Part shown: piece after piece, positions 26,768 to 40,125 of the stretch
Position numbering within the stretch: the stretch's first letter is position 1
Layout of the letters: the number at the start of each line of letters is the position of its first letter
Source: Lobosporangium transversale
Taxonomy: Eukaryota
Assembly (NCBI RefSeq): GCF_002105155.1
Contig: NW_019028997.1
Location: forward strand, 124,001 to 188,000
Direction: 5' to 3'
Length of the DNA: 64,000 bases
Notes under the pieces: model-generated
Told to the model about the DNA's origin: nothing
Databases searched by the model: none
What the model saw: only the letters and a program-made list of their open reading frames with translations
Position numbers and translations under genes: made by a program

Positions 26768-27880
26768 GCGTGATCAAAAAGATGTTGTCTTTGGTACAAA
26801 ACAAATTTTTAGCAGTAGTAAAAGCGTGAGAGTATGTGTAAAGGTGAGAGAGTAAGAGATGATGTTTGCAAATACAAGACAAGAATGAGAAAAAGGAAGA
26901 AATAAAAGAGATAGAGGTAGGGACAAGAGAATTTAAATACTGTTTTTTTAGGTCGTGCTAATTAGGCCGTATTATCGAAAGATCAATCCGAGAGTGAGAG
27001 AGCACAGGGCAGTGTCGAGAAGTTAAGAAGAGGCCGGAATAATTGGGATCCTCGACACCCAGTAGTTATTTTTAATGGGATTGGTGCACCTCTAGATGCT
27101 CTCCCAACTTAATAGGCGTACCTTACATTTTCATTAACATGTTTTACTACTCAGATGTACATTTTCACCATACTCGATCGAACTTTAATTCCGTTGCAAA
27201 TATTAATAACGTGAAGACCATAGAATAATGAGCATTAATAGACTATTTGACTATTTTCAGGATTTTTTCTTTTTTCTTGTAAAATAACAAATAAGTAACA
27301 TTAGGACGTACTTCTTCGTTGAAAGGGAAAAAAAAAGCCATGTCTGCGCACTGCGCTAGCCCAGACTGTTGAAGCGTAAACAGGCCGATCGAAAAAGAAA
27401 ATACACGTAGTACTGTAGTTGTCCTGTTGAACAAAAGATGTTGAGAATGATGGATGAGAATCAATTCATCATTGGCTGAATTAAATTGCATGAATTCCAT
27501 GAAAAGATGAGAGCTCAAAACAGCAACTGGATGAATTGAACAAAACAAAGTTCAAAGCCTATCAACAACGTTGCATACATTAAACATTAACTTTTAATAG
27601 GCATTGGATGTATAGCAGGTCCGATGGTATGTAGATCGGATGTGCTCTACTGGCATTCTGTGAGAACAGTCCTCCGGCCATTCTGTTAGTCATAAGAACA
27701 CAGCACCTGTACCCTTGTACGTTCATTCCTTTCCTTATCAAGTCAATCTGATCGCATGGAGCATACATCATTATCAACGCGTAATCCTTTTTATTCCAAG
27801 ATTGCAACTAGACATTGAACAATCATTGTTAATGTACGCTAATTTCGCTAAAAGATATATATCTCTATATTAAACTCTTC

Positions 27881-30162
27881 TCAAAGGGCAAAAGCTGTAT
27901 CCGCACGGCGTTTAACGCGCATAGGCAGACCTTTCGCCATAGCTAATGTCAAACCGGGTACGTATTCTGGCTCGGTGATGGGGTCTACCAACTCAAAATT
28001 AAATCTTTGGAAGAGCATCGACATAATGGTTACGGCTTCTAGGGTCGCGAACTGCTGTCCAAGGCTATTTAGCACAATCAACACCGAATTGATGATATTA
28101 AGATTAATAGATCAATGCTGCGAAACCCATAGAATTATGGCAAAATCAATCTTTTTTACCATGTGCGAGGTCCTGCATGAAAGCTGGGGAATTTTGTTGG
28201 CGATGGTTTCTCTCCAGTCAACCAACGTTCTGGGTTATATTCTCTTGCATCATGGCCCCAACTAGCGGTCGATCGGCCCATGGCCCACGATGACCAACAC
28301 ACAAACTCGCCTTTATATACTTTGGTACCATCTACCTCACAGACAAATTAATTAGATAAATAAAATATAAACAATCTTGATGACAAAGATGAATTTTAGA
28401 CGAACATGTAAAGCCTCTCTTACCTGGCCAAACATCATCCTGCACGGCAACTTTAATGTTCCTTGGTACGCTTGGATAGAGACGCAGAGCTATGAATCCG
28501 TTTAGACATACAGAATTAGTTTTATCTGACTAATTTTCTTACTTAAACAATAATAATAATAAAGATAATCCGCTTACCTTCGTATAAGCTATGAAAAGAT
28601 AGAGATAAACAGTCCATTGAAACCATTAGCTTAAGGATGCATAAAAGAAAAAGGTCGCGCTGTGCTCTGCATCCAATCGATGACATTTTTTTAAGTACAT
28701 GTATAAATTAAAAAAGGGCTTACCATGCTTCAGAGTATCTCATCGTTTTGTAAGCCTCATATGTAGGTATGCCACCGGAAAGTTTGTCGTCAACTTCCTT
28801 GACCAATTTCGAGAGGATTGTTGGATCAGTATTTGATCGATGAAGAAGATAGAACATCCATGAGAGTGCTTGCGCTGTTGTGTCCCGTCCAGCGCTGGCG
28901 AAAGCAGAGAAGCAAGTGTTAATACATAAAAGAAATAGACAAATATGTTCATGTTTGTTCAATTATCCAAATGGACATCACGAACTCACATGATGAAATT
29001 AAGGACCAAGCAACAGAGCATTTCATCCGATAGTGGTTTGCCATCCTCAGTATCCATGTCCATGAATAACTGTAATAGGTCTTTGTCCGGCTTGTTATAA
29101 CCATTCTTGCGACGGTGGTTGATGATGTTCATAGCAAAATCGTTCACAATCTTCTTGTCTCTGGCGACTTGTTTATTCAGCCCTGTAGCCCACTCATGGA
29201 GCTCCCAAGCACCTTCGAACAGCCTGTTGAAAACAACTGTATTTAGGCGATCAAACGCTGAAGCGAATTCTACTTCTTGTTCGGGCCTGTTCAGGCAACC
29301 AAACGTTTGGCTGAATGATATCCTAAAAAGATGATGATATCAAGAGTTATTTTCAATATTCAACACCCATCTATTGCAAATATGAAGGCGCTGTAGTCTT
29401 TTATAGAGCAACTCACTCCCCAAATGAATCCAAGGTGAAGAGATGGAAAAGGTTGTGCATGTCGACAGTCCGTCCCTCATCCGCAATCTTGTCCAAGTAC
29501 TCAATGGCAATATTGGCTTCTTTTACAAATACGCTGCTTGTGTACTATGAATGACATTTTCCAAAGTTGAGAGTGCTGAGAGCTCAATAGCTGAAATAGA
29601 TGGGCAATGTCAGGAACCAAATATAAAGGGGATGTGAGCTAATTGTATTTACCGTTCGAAAGGCCTTTACATTGAAGATATGGCTTGCCATCTTGCGCTG
29701 CCATCTCCAGTGTTCGCCATCAACACCAAAGATGCCTGTCCCCAGAAGGTCGCTTAATGTCTCTTGGACCAGCGGCCCTTTCTCATACGCCCAAAAGTTG
29801 GTTTTGAGGACATGTTCCAGTACATCAGGATCAGAGAACTGAATAATACGTCCTAGCTTGGGGACGGTGTAGGCCCAGGTTGTTCCATACTTGGCATGCA
29901 GTTGCTCGTTCTTTTGCGATATTTGGTTTCGAGGAATAGAAAGCATAAGAAACATATTTCCAACCAGCGGCCATCCCCTAGGACCTTTTAGGTCATAGCG
30001 GGGCCTCGTACCAATAGCGGTGCTTCTGTATTTGAAGATGACCCAAAGGATGTAAACACCAAGCAAGCGAGACATATTCCGTCGTGACAAAGACCTCAGA
30101 ACGGTTTTGAGTGTAGGTGATGCTTCTGATGTTCGCAATATGTTCTTAACGACGTTGTCCAT
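27881..30162 (-). CDS. Cytochrome P450, same family, paralog B, 8 exons
   Basis: KGPRGWPLVGN, AGRDTTAQALSW, spliced LYEALRLYP, NPERW, FHAGPRTCLGQQFA. Confidence 0.92.
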
Positions 30163-31276
30163 GGTGTAGAGAACTCAATTAATAGAAAGGTAAGAGGGAT
30201 GATAGGGAATAGTCAATGTAACCAAAGTCTTTTTATATTTTTTTTTCTTGTCCTCTCATGTGGGAAGCACAGGCGCTTGAGCGGGCGTCGATCGTTTTGA
30301 TGTTTTGTTTTCACTGGGTTTATTGATATTACTGATCAAAAGGAGATTAAAGAGCAAATTCTCTTGTTACGATCACAATAGTTTCGGCTCGGATTCATAG
30401 TGTTCGTCATTCGTTGTGGAACAAAAGGAGTATTTTATGCAATGCATGGACATGCAAAAGCTTATTATTGTTACAAATCCAAGGAAAAGTATGGGAGCCA
30501 ATAAACTTGGCAGCATAACGACTATCTTTAAGAAATCAAGGAGCCCAGGAACGTTTTTTATGGAGGCGAGGCGCTTCATGGAGAGGTTTGTCTATTCAAG
30601 ACACCGTCAAATTTAATACGCCCATAGCGCCGGCCAAGCAGATGGAGACAAAGTGTAAAAAAGAAGACAAGGGCTGCAGTGGAGCATCGTCAAGTCAGTG
30701 CAGTGGTGAAAGGCTTGTATACCAAAGTTTAAAGATATTGCATCCACATTTGCAACCGGATCACTAACTAGATGCAAGGCCATTGTGGGCCGGACAAATA
30801 ATGTATTTCTCCATCGAATGTCATGTGGCAGGCACGTACCATCGTCTCCAAAGTTCTGGGATTCCCCTTCATAAATATGTTGTGTCTGCTCGAAAGACAA
30901 AGAATTGAGCCGAAGAACGATCATGTAAACTTTGTATTAAGCCAGGACTGAAGTGAAACCTGCTATTTTAAACTTTAATTTTTAAAAAAGTGGGCTACCC
31001 CGTAAATTATTTAGGCAGTCACCGAAACATGCAAATGAAACGCGTTCATTCATTGTTCATCCCCCCTCCATATTTCCTCACATCCAACACGCAAGCAGCG
31101 CCAACATTGCAAACCAAACGTGCATTAAAGACAAACCAAGGAAGCGGAAAACCCTCCCCCCCCCCCCCCCCACTCACGAAGAGATAATCACTACTATAGG
31201 GGAGATCTAGCTCATTAGCCCATTAGCTCATTGAAAGCATCGCTCACATATTTTACGACTTGTACACTTCCAAACT

Positions 31277-32685
31277 ATGGCAACCTCAACGACAACAGAA
31301 ACTCCTGCCTCTGGAGAGTCATTCAAGTCTCTCTTTGGGCAGCGACTGGAGCCCTATTTAGCTCTTTCAAAGTCTGCCAAGGGCGTAGGCTGTGTCCAAC
31401 TTATTAAAGACGCGTTGGCTGCGCCAGGTGTGATGGTCTTTGGCGAGCTTCTTGATATGCCAAACGTGGTAGATGTATGATTATGGACACTGAATTTTGT
31501 TTGCATGCAGCGCAACTTGCTAGTATGCTTGGCGCATCTGAAAAGACAGCGACTCATCTTTTGACTATTGACTTTGATGTCTAGCTAAAAGCGAATCCAG
31601 AACATTCCCGCTACTACAGATTACTTGAGATTTTCTCGTTCGGGACCTTTCAGGACTATCAGCGTAAGGGTTTACTTGCAGGACTGCGCTTTTCGAACCC
31701 TTAGGAATCAAGTTGGTATCCACCTGACTAATATATGGATGTATTTGCCATAACTTAATACCCATATATTAGAGAATAAGGATAGCTTGCCAGAGATCTC
31801 CGATACCCAAAGGACAAAGTTACAACAGCTATCAATCGTTACATTGTCCGAACGAACGAGAGTATGCACTACAACATATGCCTTTGAGAGACTGATATAT
31901 GGCGAGAATTTATTCATTCATCTTAATTGCCTTCATACGTGTAGGCTATTCCATACAAGGATCTCTTGGAGTACCTCGAGATTGACAACGTCCGCCAGTT
32001 AGAAGACTTGATCATGGATGCAATTTATCAGAATGTGATTAATGCCAATCTAGACCAGAAACTGAAGCTGGTTGAGGTTCACTCTGCTATGGGCAGGGAT
32101 TTGCGTCCTGGTCAAGCCCAGGTTATGCTCAAAGTGCTGGAAGATTGGTATGGCTCTCAAAGCAGAGATTATGTTATCCTGTTTCATAGTTTAGATCTGA
32201 AGTACTGATGAGTATCAATTTCATTTACTTTCATGGAACAGGACAAAAACGTCCGAAGCTCTATTAAAGGCATTAAGTGCGAAGATGACCCAAGTCCAGC
32301 AGAATTATGAGCGAGAGAAACAAGCCAGAGAAGCGTTTGAGAAAGAGCTAGAAAGAATCAAAAACGAAAATGCACCATCAGGGTCTGGAAAGCACCGTAA
32401 GCTAGCTGGGGCTAGTACAGCAATGATGGATTATGAAATGGGAGATCAGCACGGCTTCCAGAGTCCCGAGTTTATGGGCGAAATAGAGCGAATGTCGTAT
32501 GGTGGAGCTGCAGGCAAGCGGTAAGGATCCTGCCTTGGCTGTGTAAACTCAGTCACTTTAACAATGCATTGATCACATTACCTGTTATTTCTCATTCACA
32601 CAAGTTTTTTCTGTTTCTTGTTCAAAAAAAAAAAAAAAAAAAAAAAAAAACACACAGGACTGGCAAACGTGTACCTCGGGGATAA
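31277..32685 (+). CDS. CSN7: COP9 signalosome subunit 7 (PCI domain), 6 exons
   Basis: [68 protein letters not shown]. Confidence 0.88.
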
Positions 32686-32936
32686 GTAGTGTTTTCATGA
32701 CCATATGTATATGATGAGGGGATACTGGAGTTTTTCTCTCTCGCCGAGGAATAGGTCCTTGTTACATCTTACGGATTCAAATAAACCTCATATTCAATTG
32801 ATTACGTTCCCTCTTGCATCCAATATTCTGTTCTATTTGCTTTTAACTCCAATATTTATAACAGGCTCTGGCTCATGATAAAAGGGGAGATTTTTTTTTA
32901 TAAATGTGTTCTGACTTTTTAACGTGATATAGGGCA

Positions 32937-34287
32937 TTAGTTCATGAGCTCAAAGAGCTTCAGGACTTTCGAGCCTGCATCAGCAACCATATCGTCCTTA
33001 TCATCATCATCATCGTCATCATCATGGCGTGATTCGAAAAGCTTGACGCACTCGGCCATAGCCATGCCTGCAAGAATGGCTTTCATTTCTCCATGGGACA
33101 CTTCCTTGCCCTCCTTTGCCTGGCGCTCTTGATACTCCTTCATAGCCTCATACGCAGCTGGATAGGTTCGATACATAGTATTGAAGAGTGACAAGAATGT
33201 CAATGCTTGTTGTTGTAAGACAACGCCAATTTTAATACCAATTAGCCCGCCAAATATCACTTACCAGCGGCTGCAATGGCCTGACGCTTACGAGTGGTCG
33301 ACTTGCGCTCCTTCCGTTCCTTTTCCTTTGCTTTCTGAGCTTTTTGCTCGTCCGTCTCAGGGGCTTTTAACTGCCACCACCTCCTTCTAGATGCCCTGGC
33401 AGCTTCCTCTGCTGCTCTAGCTGCTGCATCCGCTGCATCCTGCTCTGCCTTTCTCTTGGCTGCAAGTTCAGCAAGGACACGTTGCTGCTCGCGTTCTGCC
33501 TCCTGTTGCTTGGCTAGCTTCCTCTCCGCCCACGACCGGCGAGGATGGCATCCCCACCAAGAACCAAACAACCTCTTCTCTGCCTCTTCCTCTGCTTTTT
33601 CATCTACACTTGTCTGACCATAGATAGCACGATGAGCCTCCTTCATCTCCTTAGGATCGACCTTGGGTGCAAGTTTCCTGCGTTGCTTGAGCTCCTGTTT
33701 TTCTTGCTCAGTCTTTGGGCGCCCCTTATCCTCTTTGTCCGAATCCGAATCCGAGTCTGAGTCCGAGTTATCGTCATCCTCATCAAACTTCTCTTTAACT
33801 TTGGCTGCCATCCGTTCAAAGTAGTTTTTCTTTTCTTGAAGATCTTTGTCATCGCTTTGAACTCCCAAATGTTGTAGGGCAGCATCTGCAGGTATACTGA
33901 TAGATACTGCCTCCTCTTCTTCCAGGGCTTGTTGAGAATTTTGCTGTTTCCGGAAAAGTTTGTCCCAGAAGCTGCGGTCGGGCTCCTGGCCTTGTGGAAC
34001 GGACTTGTCGATAGTTATGACGAGCCACTTCTCATCTTTTGGTGGAACTAGCCAACATAATGGATATATTATGGTGTGAAAAGAATGAAGCATCAATCAT
34101 GGTAAAACACCACTAACTAGTAATATGTAAAAAAAAGAATAAAAAACGCACCTGGAGGTGGGATATCTTCCGCAGGAGGATGTGAACGGAGATGCAGAGC
34201 TTCCTCGACGTGGTACCATGCATGCTTAAAGACGTTCTCGTCTTTCTTCTTGCAATGAGTGTCCTTTATGTTTGACTGATCTGACAT
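32937..34287 (-). CDS. Protein with C-terminal CipC-like (DUF3759) domain and long charged N-terminal extension, 3 exons
   Basis: AAAAYEAMKEYQERQAKEGKEVSHGEMKAILAGMAMAECVKLFE resembles the CipC core. Exons about 34287-34152, 34047-33265, 33158-32937. Confidence 0.7.
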
Positions 34288-34797
34288 GACGATCTGATGA
34301 TGGAAATGTAGAAGGATGCAATGAGGAGAAGTAAGGGGGGCGGGGCAGTGCTTCTGTTTGCTACATGGCTCTCATTTTTTCACAAGTCTGTTAATCATTA
34401 GAGAGAGTGAACCGTTGTCTTTGGACATTTTGAAGATACTTCCCACGATCGAAGATTGACATTCCCTCCTCTTTCTGCTAGACAAGAGGTCAAATAGCAC
34501 CTGCCAGGAGCAGTAGAGAATGTTGTCTGCAATGAATTTATTTCCACACCCAAGTGCGATGGTATTGTGAGAAATATTTTTTAATTCTGATCAGCGCAAC
34601 GCCAAAGAGTTTGTAAGGATCATGGTGGGGCCAATGCTTGTTTTCTCTGCATATTCAGTATGCAAACATTGGCTAACTGGACTCGTTACTGAAAAAGAGG
34701 AGAGCTCCATTCTTTTAGACACAGTAAACAGCAAGTAGAGGCAGGTCTAGTTTGGTGCGTGCTTCCAATGAGAGTGGAGTGTATTTATACAACATAT

Positions 34798-34963
34798 ACT
34801 TTGTCCGCTACTAGCAGCATTTCATATTGAATTTCTTATTTTAAAAACAGGTCAACAGCTTGGATACTGGTACAGCTGTTGTTCCATACAAGCTGTTGAC
34901 TTGTTTTTAAAATAAGCGACTTAATTAATGAAATGCCGCTATTAATGGATTAATGGACAAAGT
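34798..34963. mobile_element. Foldback/MITE-like hairpin
   Basis: CTTATTTTAAAAACAGGTCAACAGCTTG (34835-62) matches the reverse complement of 34889-34916 at 27/28. Outer arms also pair (GCATTTCAT/ATGAAATGC, ACTTTGTCC/GGACAAAGT). Confidence 0.6.
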
Positions 34964-37959
34964 TCTGACAGGATATGCAGAACGCTCATTTACTAAAACT
35001 GACTTTAAATTGTGGGGAAGATTTGGACAGCCAATAAAGACGTGACGAAATTGCGTAATGCAGATTGAACTCCTGAGAATTTGCATCCTGGGAAAAGTTT
35101 CGAGAGAAGAAAAAAGGCTTTACTGGTTTCTTCGATTTTCGAGGCGCGACGGCGAAACGACATGCATGTATATCCTCAACAACGATATATATATATATCA
35201 TCATGTGTATACATATATATATATATATTTATATATTAGTCTATACACTTGAACTGAACAAAAAATAAAAACAGAGTCCGTGGGGCAAGTGTGACAAAGG
35301 GCTCTTGCTGTACACAGGCTCCAGGCTTGCCTCCGTTTCCGTAGGTTTAGTTTTCGGCTGAATGATGAGTGATGAGGAATATGTCTACATGGTTCCTTGA
35401 CTGTGGCTCAAAGTTTTGTTTTAAAGTAAACTACATGTACGTTTAGATAATATTGAAGATAATTAATATCAATACATAAAAAAGCTCTGTACATTTATAC
35501 ATGTACATGTACATAATGGATTTTGAGCGGAATTAAAATGTGTAGTTCCCAATTTTTAAAGTCAAGGACAAAGACATATTAACAAAACGAATAGAACTTT
35601 TAATTTCCTCGCTCCAGTCATCTCGTTGATTTTGCCAGTTTGTATGACCCTGTGTGCATGGACAACGTGACCCCATTGCCCTCACGCTTTTCTTTGTGAG
35701 CTCTAATATATACCTAATTACCTGAGAGTCTCATTTATGACTCGTCAATTGTTATTCTGGACTTTCTGTCAAAGGCAGTAGTTCTCTTGAGCTGTCTCGA
35801 GCTGTAAGATTACTCTCGTGTGAGGCGTATAGATTCTCTGATGTAGTCATCAAAGAGGAGAGTAACCAAGGCTTATCTATTAAAAGCGTAAGTAAACAAC
35901 TAGCCTGCGCAGTATTGCGCCATAAACATGAGGCGCTTCATATCTCGAAAAATGAAAGCCAGGAACGTATATATTTGAACATTAAAACATCTACAAAGCT
36001 CCTTGGACAACTACCACATGAAGTAATAAACTAGACTTATTCTAAACAGTATTTGAAGACGAGACTAATCAATATTCATCTATTAAAATTGCGTGAAACA
36101 TATTGAGGCGCTTAATCTCTTGAAGATGGAAACCAGGAACCTTAGTTGTTACATTCGAACATCATCACATACACACGGTTATTATGCATGTATATGCAGT
36201 TATTCATTCACAAAAAAGATACTGGTATGCAAGGAAAGGCTACAAAGCACATGGACATGCTACATGAACACAGATTAATTTATGAGCTGATCACTCATGA
36301 CCCTTGCATCAAAAAGATGCTCACTGCAATCATGTTGATTAACATTTATATGGCGTGCATGTAAAGTTACCAATTCATTTCGAAAGCCAAAATCTGGGGT
36401 GCTCCTGGTTTCGATAGCATTGATACGGGTTTGCTTTGATTGTCTGCTCCTCCTGTTTACGGTCAGGCTCCACGTTTGGTTTGTCTATTGTTATTAATTT
36501 TTTCGACAGGGAAATGAGAGAAACACAATTTAGAGATATAGAGGTTGGCACAACAAGTGCTCTTCAAATCCAACAATGTCAAACAAATGAGCCTTTGCTC
36601 AATGTTATTTTCTAGGGCGCAATTCCCTTTTTTCCTACAAGAAGTAGAGAAGCCTTTGTGTCGCTTTATACGACAGCATTACATTAGACATCGCTGAGTG
36701 TAGACGCTTAAGCGCGAAAGGGTGTCAACATATATGCTAATTTCATCGGGCTTGAAGGTTGGCTGATTAGACAAAAAATTCCGATGAATCAAGCCAGACT
36801 AATGAGAGAATAAGTTATTATTTATAAAGTTATTGCTGCCATATTCCCAAGTCTACATCCTTGAAACTGAACCATGTAGGATTATATATATCCCTAAACT
36901 CTAGAAAAATAAACAATGGGCAACAGGATGGTAACGTGGCCAACAAATCATTCTTTCAGGGACCATGCAAGGGGTATGATTAAGCCTGAGCCTGAGCCCA
37001 CTTCATAATCCTTAGGAAATGAGAATATCATATATTAATCTATACCGTACCTACTGAGTAATATTCACTATTGAATGACTCACAAACAAAAACAAAACTG
37101 CAATGCCACCTAATAGTGTTCACGTACTCATTATTTGTCAATGAGTGGTTAAATAGGTCATATATCTATACATTTTAATTAATCATTACGAATACTTCGT
37201 TGACAAGTTGATTTACAGGGAGGAAGCCTTAATTAATGCGGACTTGTAACAACAAAAACCATGTAGATATATCTGAGTTATGAGCTGCATAAAGGGCTAA
37301 AAAGAAAGCGCGCTTTCCTTGCACAAATGAGCGAATGAAAACTAGCCTAGCTTCGAGAAGGAAAAAAGAATGCATGATTCAGCCTGAAGTGAAGCGGGGT
37401 TTAGCTTGAAAGGCCGGAGAAGCAAGCCATGTTTTTCACCGCGACCTAAAGGACATGTCTGGGCATCGGTGGTTTACCAAAACTTTGTTTTGAGACGAAA
37501 AAAAGAAAAAAAAAATCGTATTGATTCGTATTGATTCCTTCCACTTCTGCCGAAACGCGCTTGATGAAGCGAGTTAAGGCGAGGCCAGACCTAACTGTAG
37601 CCTTCCTTCCTGTGTCCAGAACAAGTATTCACCCCTGAGTCATGGGCTTTGTAGTTTTGTGGAGTCAGAATCCCAGTTTTTGGAGATGTCAAGCTCTTTC
37701 CATTCGTGCATTAGAATCAAGCTTAAGACTTCATGATATTTTGATCGAATATTGCATTGAAGAGTATATTTGAGTGTGGTTCATAAGCCAATATGTATTA
37801 GACTTATAGCTAATCTTTTGCTATTATTATTAGTGAGAAGTAGCTCGGAATTACCGAAGCTTTACAAGGCGATGTGCTAATAGTAACGCAAAGAAACGCG
37901 CGTGAGATTTCCAAACCAATCTATTCTTTTTAAATCAAACAAAATAACCATTACAGTTA

Positions 37960-37991
<32 letters not shown>

Positions 37992-38389
37992 CAGCGAGAG
38001 CAGAAGAAGATTATCAAAATGCAAGGGGCTGGCAGCTCACCGGCAGCACCTTGGCAAACTTAAAGCTTATATCAAACAACGAATTTCTTATTTTCGAGTA
38101 CATGCCAGACATCTTCATTACTGGTGTACACCAAAACAAATAAAAACTTCAAAGGCACAGAATATGAGGAAGGGATTCAAAATATGCAAGGGCTTCGTTA
38201 TCTCGCGCTCTTTTCAACAAAGGGTATTATGGCTCACAATACAATTTCCTGCTTCATTTATCGTGCATTGTTCCTCGAAAAGAAAAGGAAAAAAAAAAAA
38301 CTTCTCCATAGAATGACGCAGGAATCCATAGATACCAATCTCCGCCCCACAAATTACAAAATAAATTACGAAATAACCGTTTTTTTGTT

Positions 38390-38526
38390 TTTTATTTTAT
38401 TTTATTTTATTTTATTTTATTTTATTTTATTTTATTTTATTTTATTTTATTTTATTTTATTTTATTTTATTTTATTTTATTTTATTTTATTTTATTTTAT
38501 TTTATTTTATTTTATTTTATTTTATT
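38390..38526. repeat. (TTTTA)n microsatellite
   Basis: Long pure pentanucleotide array seen directly. Confidence 0.95.
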
Positions 38527-38584
38527 TATAAAATAATTAGAACATTTATACATGATTTATGGAAATGAGGAACTTTTTTTTTTG

Positions 38585-38625
<41 letters not shown>

Positions 38626-39079
38626 AATCCTTGCTCTCAGATTGGTTCTTCAGCAACAACTAGCCTTTTTTTCTCTGTCTTCTTGATATTATCATCATTT
38701 GATGTGCATATCGAATATCTCTCTTCTAGCCATTTCTTTTGTTCTACCAATTTGGGATGGTGAATGATTTATGTGATCGAAGATTCTTATTGGCTACAGA
38801 TAAGAAAACCCTCGTGTAACGCCTCCACGGACTATGCCTTTATTAAGATTTATCAGTCACACACTATGCACGCGCCTTTATACATATACATCTCAGTTGG
38901 ACTTATATTAGAGAGTATTGTATATTTTTGGCAGACACACTCTGAATCAAAATGGAAACTTTAGTCCGCCTCCTTAGGGTTGGCAAAAGGAGTGCTCGCT
39001 TCCGACATAAAAACTATGATTCATCAATGGAGAAGTAAGAGCGTTGCAGAGACCTACCTAAAAATGATCGTGTACGTGC

Positions 39080-39117
<38 letters not shown>

Positions 39118-40079
39118 CATTCGAATGAATCGGCCTTAGCCCTAGCACATTAATAATATGTCAACGATGGATGGGAACAGATTTCTAGATTTCCAACGTC
39201 TTTTGTCCGGAATCAAGTCGTCTTTATTCCATGTCTTCCTATTATTAGTTGATATATACACTTTCGACATTTAAACTTCCGATACGATATCTATGCAGAT
39301 CTGATATAGGTCCACAGACCCGTACTGATGGCGATTGTCCTTTATTACAAATTGACAAGGCTTCCTTTCAGTGCAACATAGCTTATGTAGGTACGACTAC
39401 TGGCGCTTCGCCTGCCTTTTTTTACTTCTTTTTTTGGCAAACTTCAAGGAGTCCCTCTTCAAGGTCCATTTATTCATATCTGTCATTCGTCTTGAGTAAT
39501 TCGACGCTGCACAATTTACTTTATTTGTAGTGGCGATGGTACCTACTGAGTAGTCTTTTAATATATAGTTTAATATATAGTAGGTTTACTCATTGTAACG
39601 TTGGACATATTTTCTAGCCATATACACATGCCTCTCAAGCTATTTTGTATAAACAAGGGCGAAAGAGTCAAAAGCCTCCAGGATTGGCAGTGTTACAGTG
39701 ACTGGTACCAAAAAATGAAAAAAAAAATAGTTGTTTGGAGCCAGCTTGTTTTTCCATCATACATTCATTCATGTACACATCTATGGAATGATGGAATGAG
39801 CTTCTCCACGCTCCATGGTCATGCTGATACGGAGTACCAATGGCGCGTAAGAATAAAAGTAAGTATCTAGACCCCTTTATTTGTATGAAGGATAAAAAAT
39901 AAGTGATATTGCAAATTGTCATTAAATAATAATACTGCATTCTCATTACTCGTCAGACAAGGCAAAAGATGGATTGACTTTGTTATCTCGATCAGTATTG
40001 TAAAAGTAATTCAATCAGCACATGTTCAATAAACAGGGCATAATAAGGTTACTTAAGTGGTTGTTTTGAGAAGCGTGGC

Positions 40080-40125
40080 ACAAACAAACGAACAAACAAA
40101 CAAACAAACAAACAAAATAACAAAC
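40080..40125. repeat. (CAAA)n microsatellite
   Basis: Imperfect tetranucleotide array. Confidence 0.8.

Noticed and set aside
30370..30930. Short ORFs between P450 B and CSN7 (also 27243-27807 and 12835-13242)
   Set aside because: No recognisable motifs or coherent exon structure.
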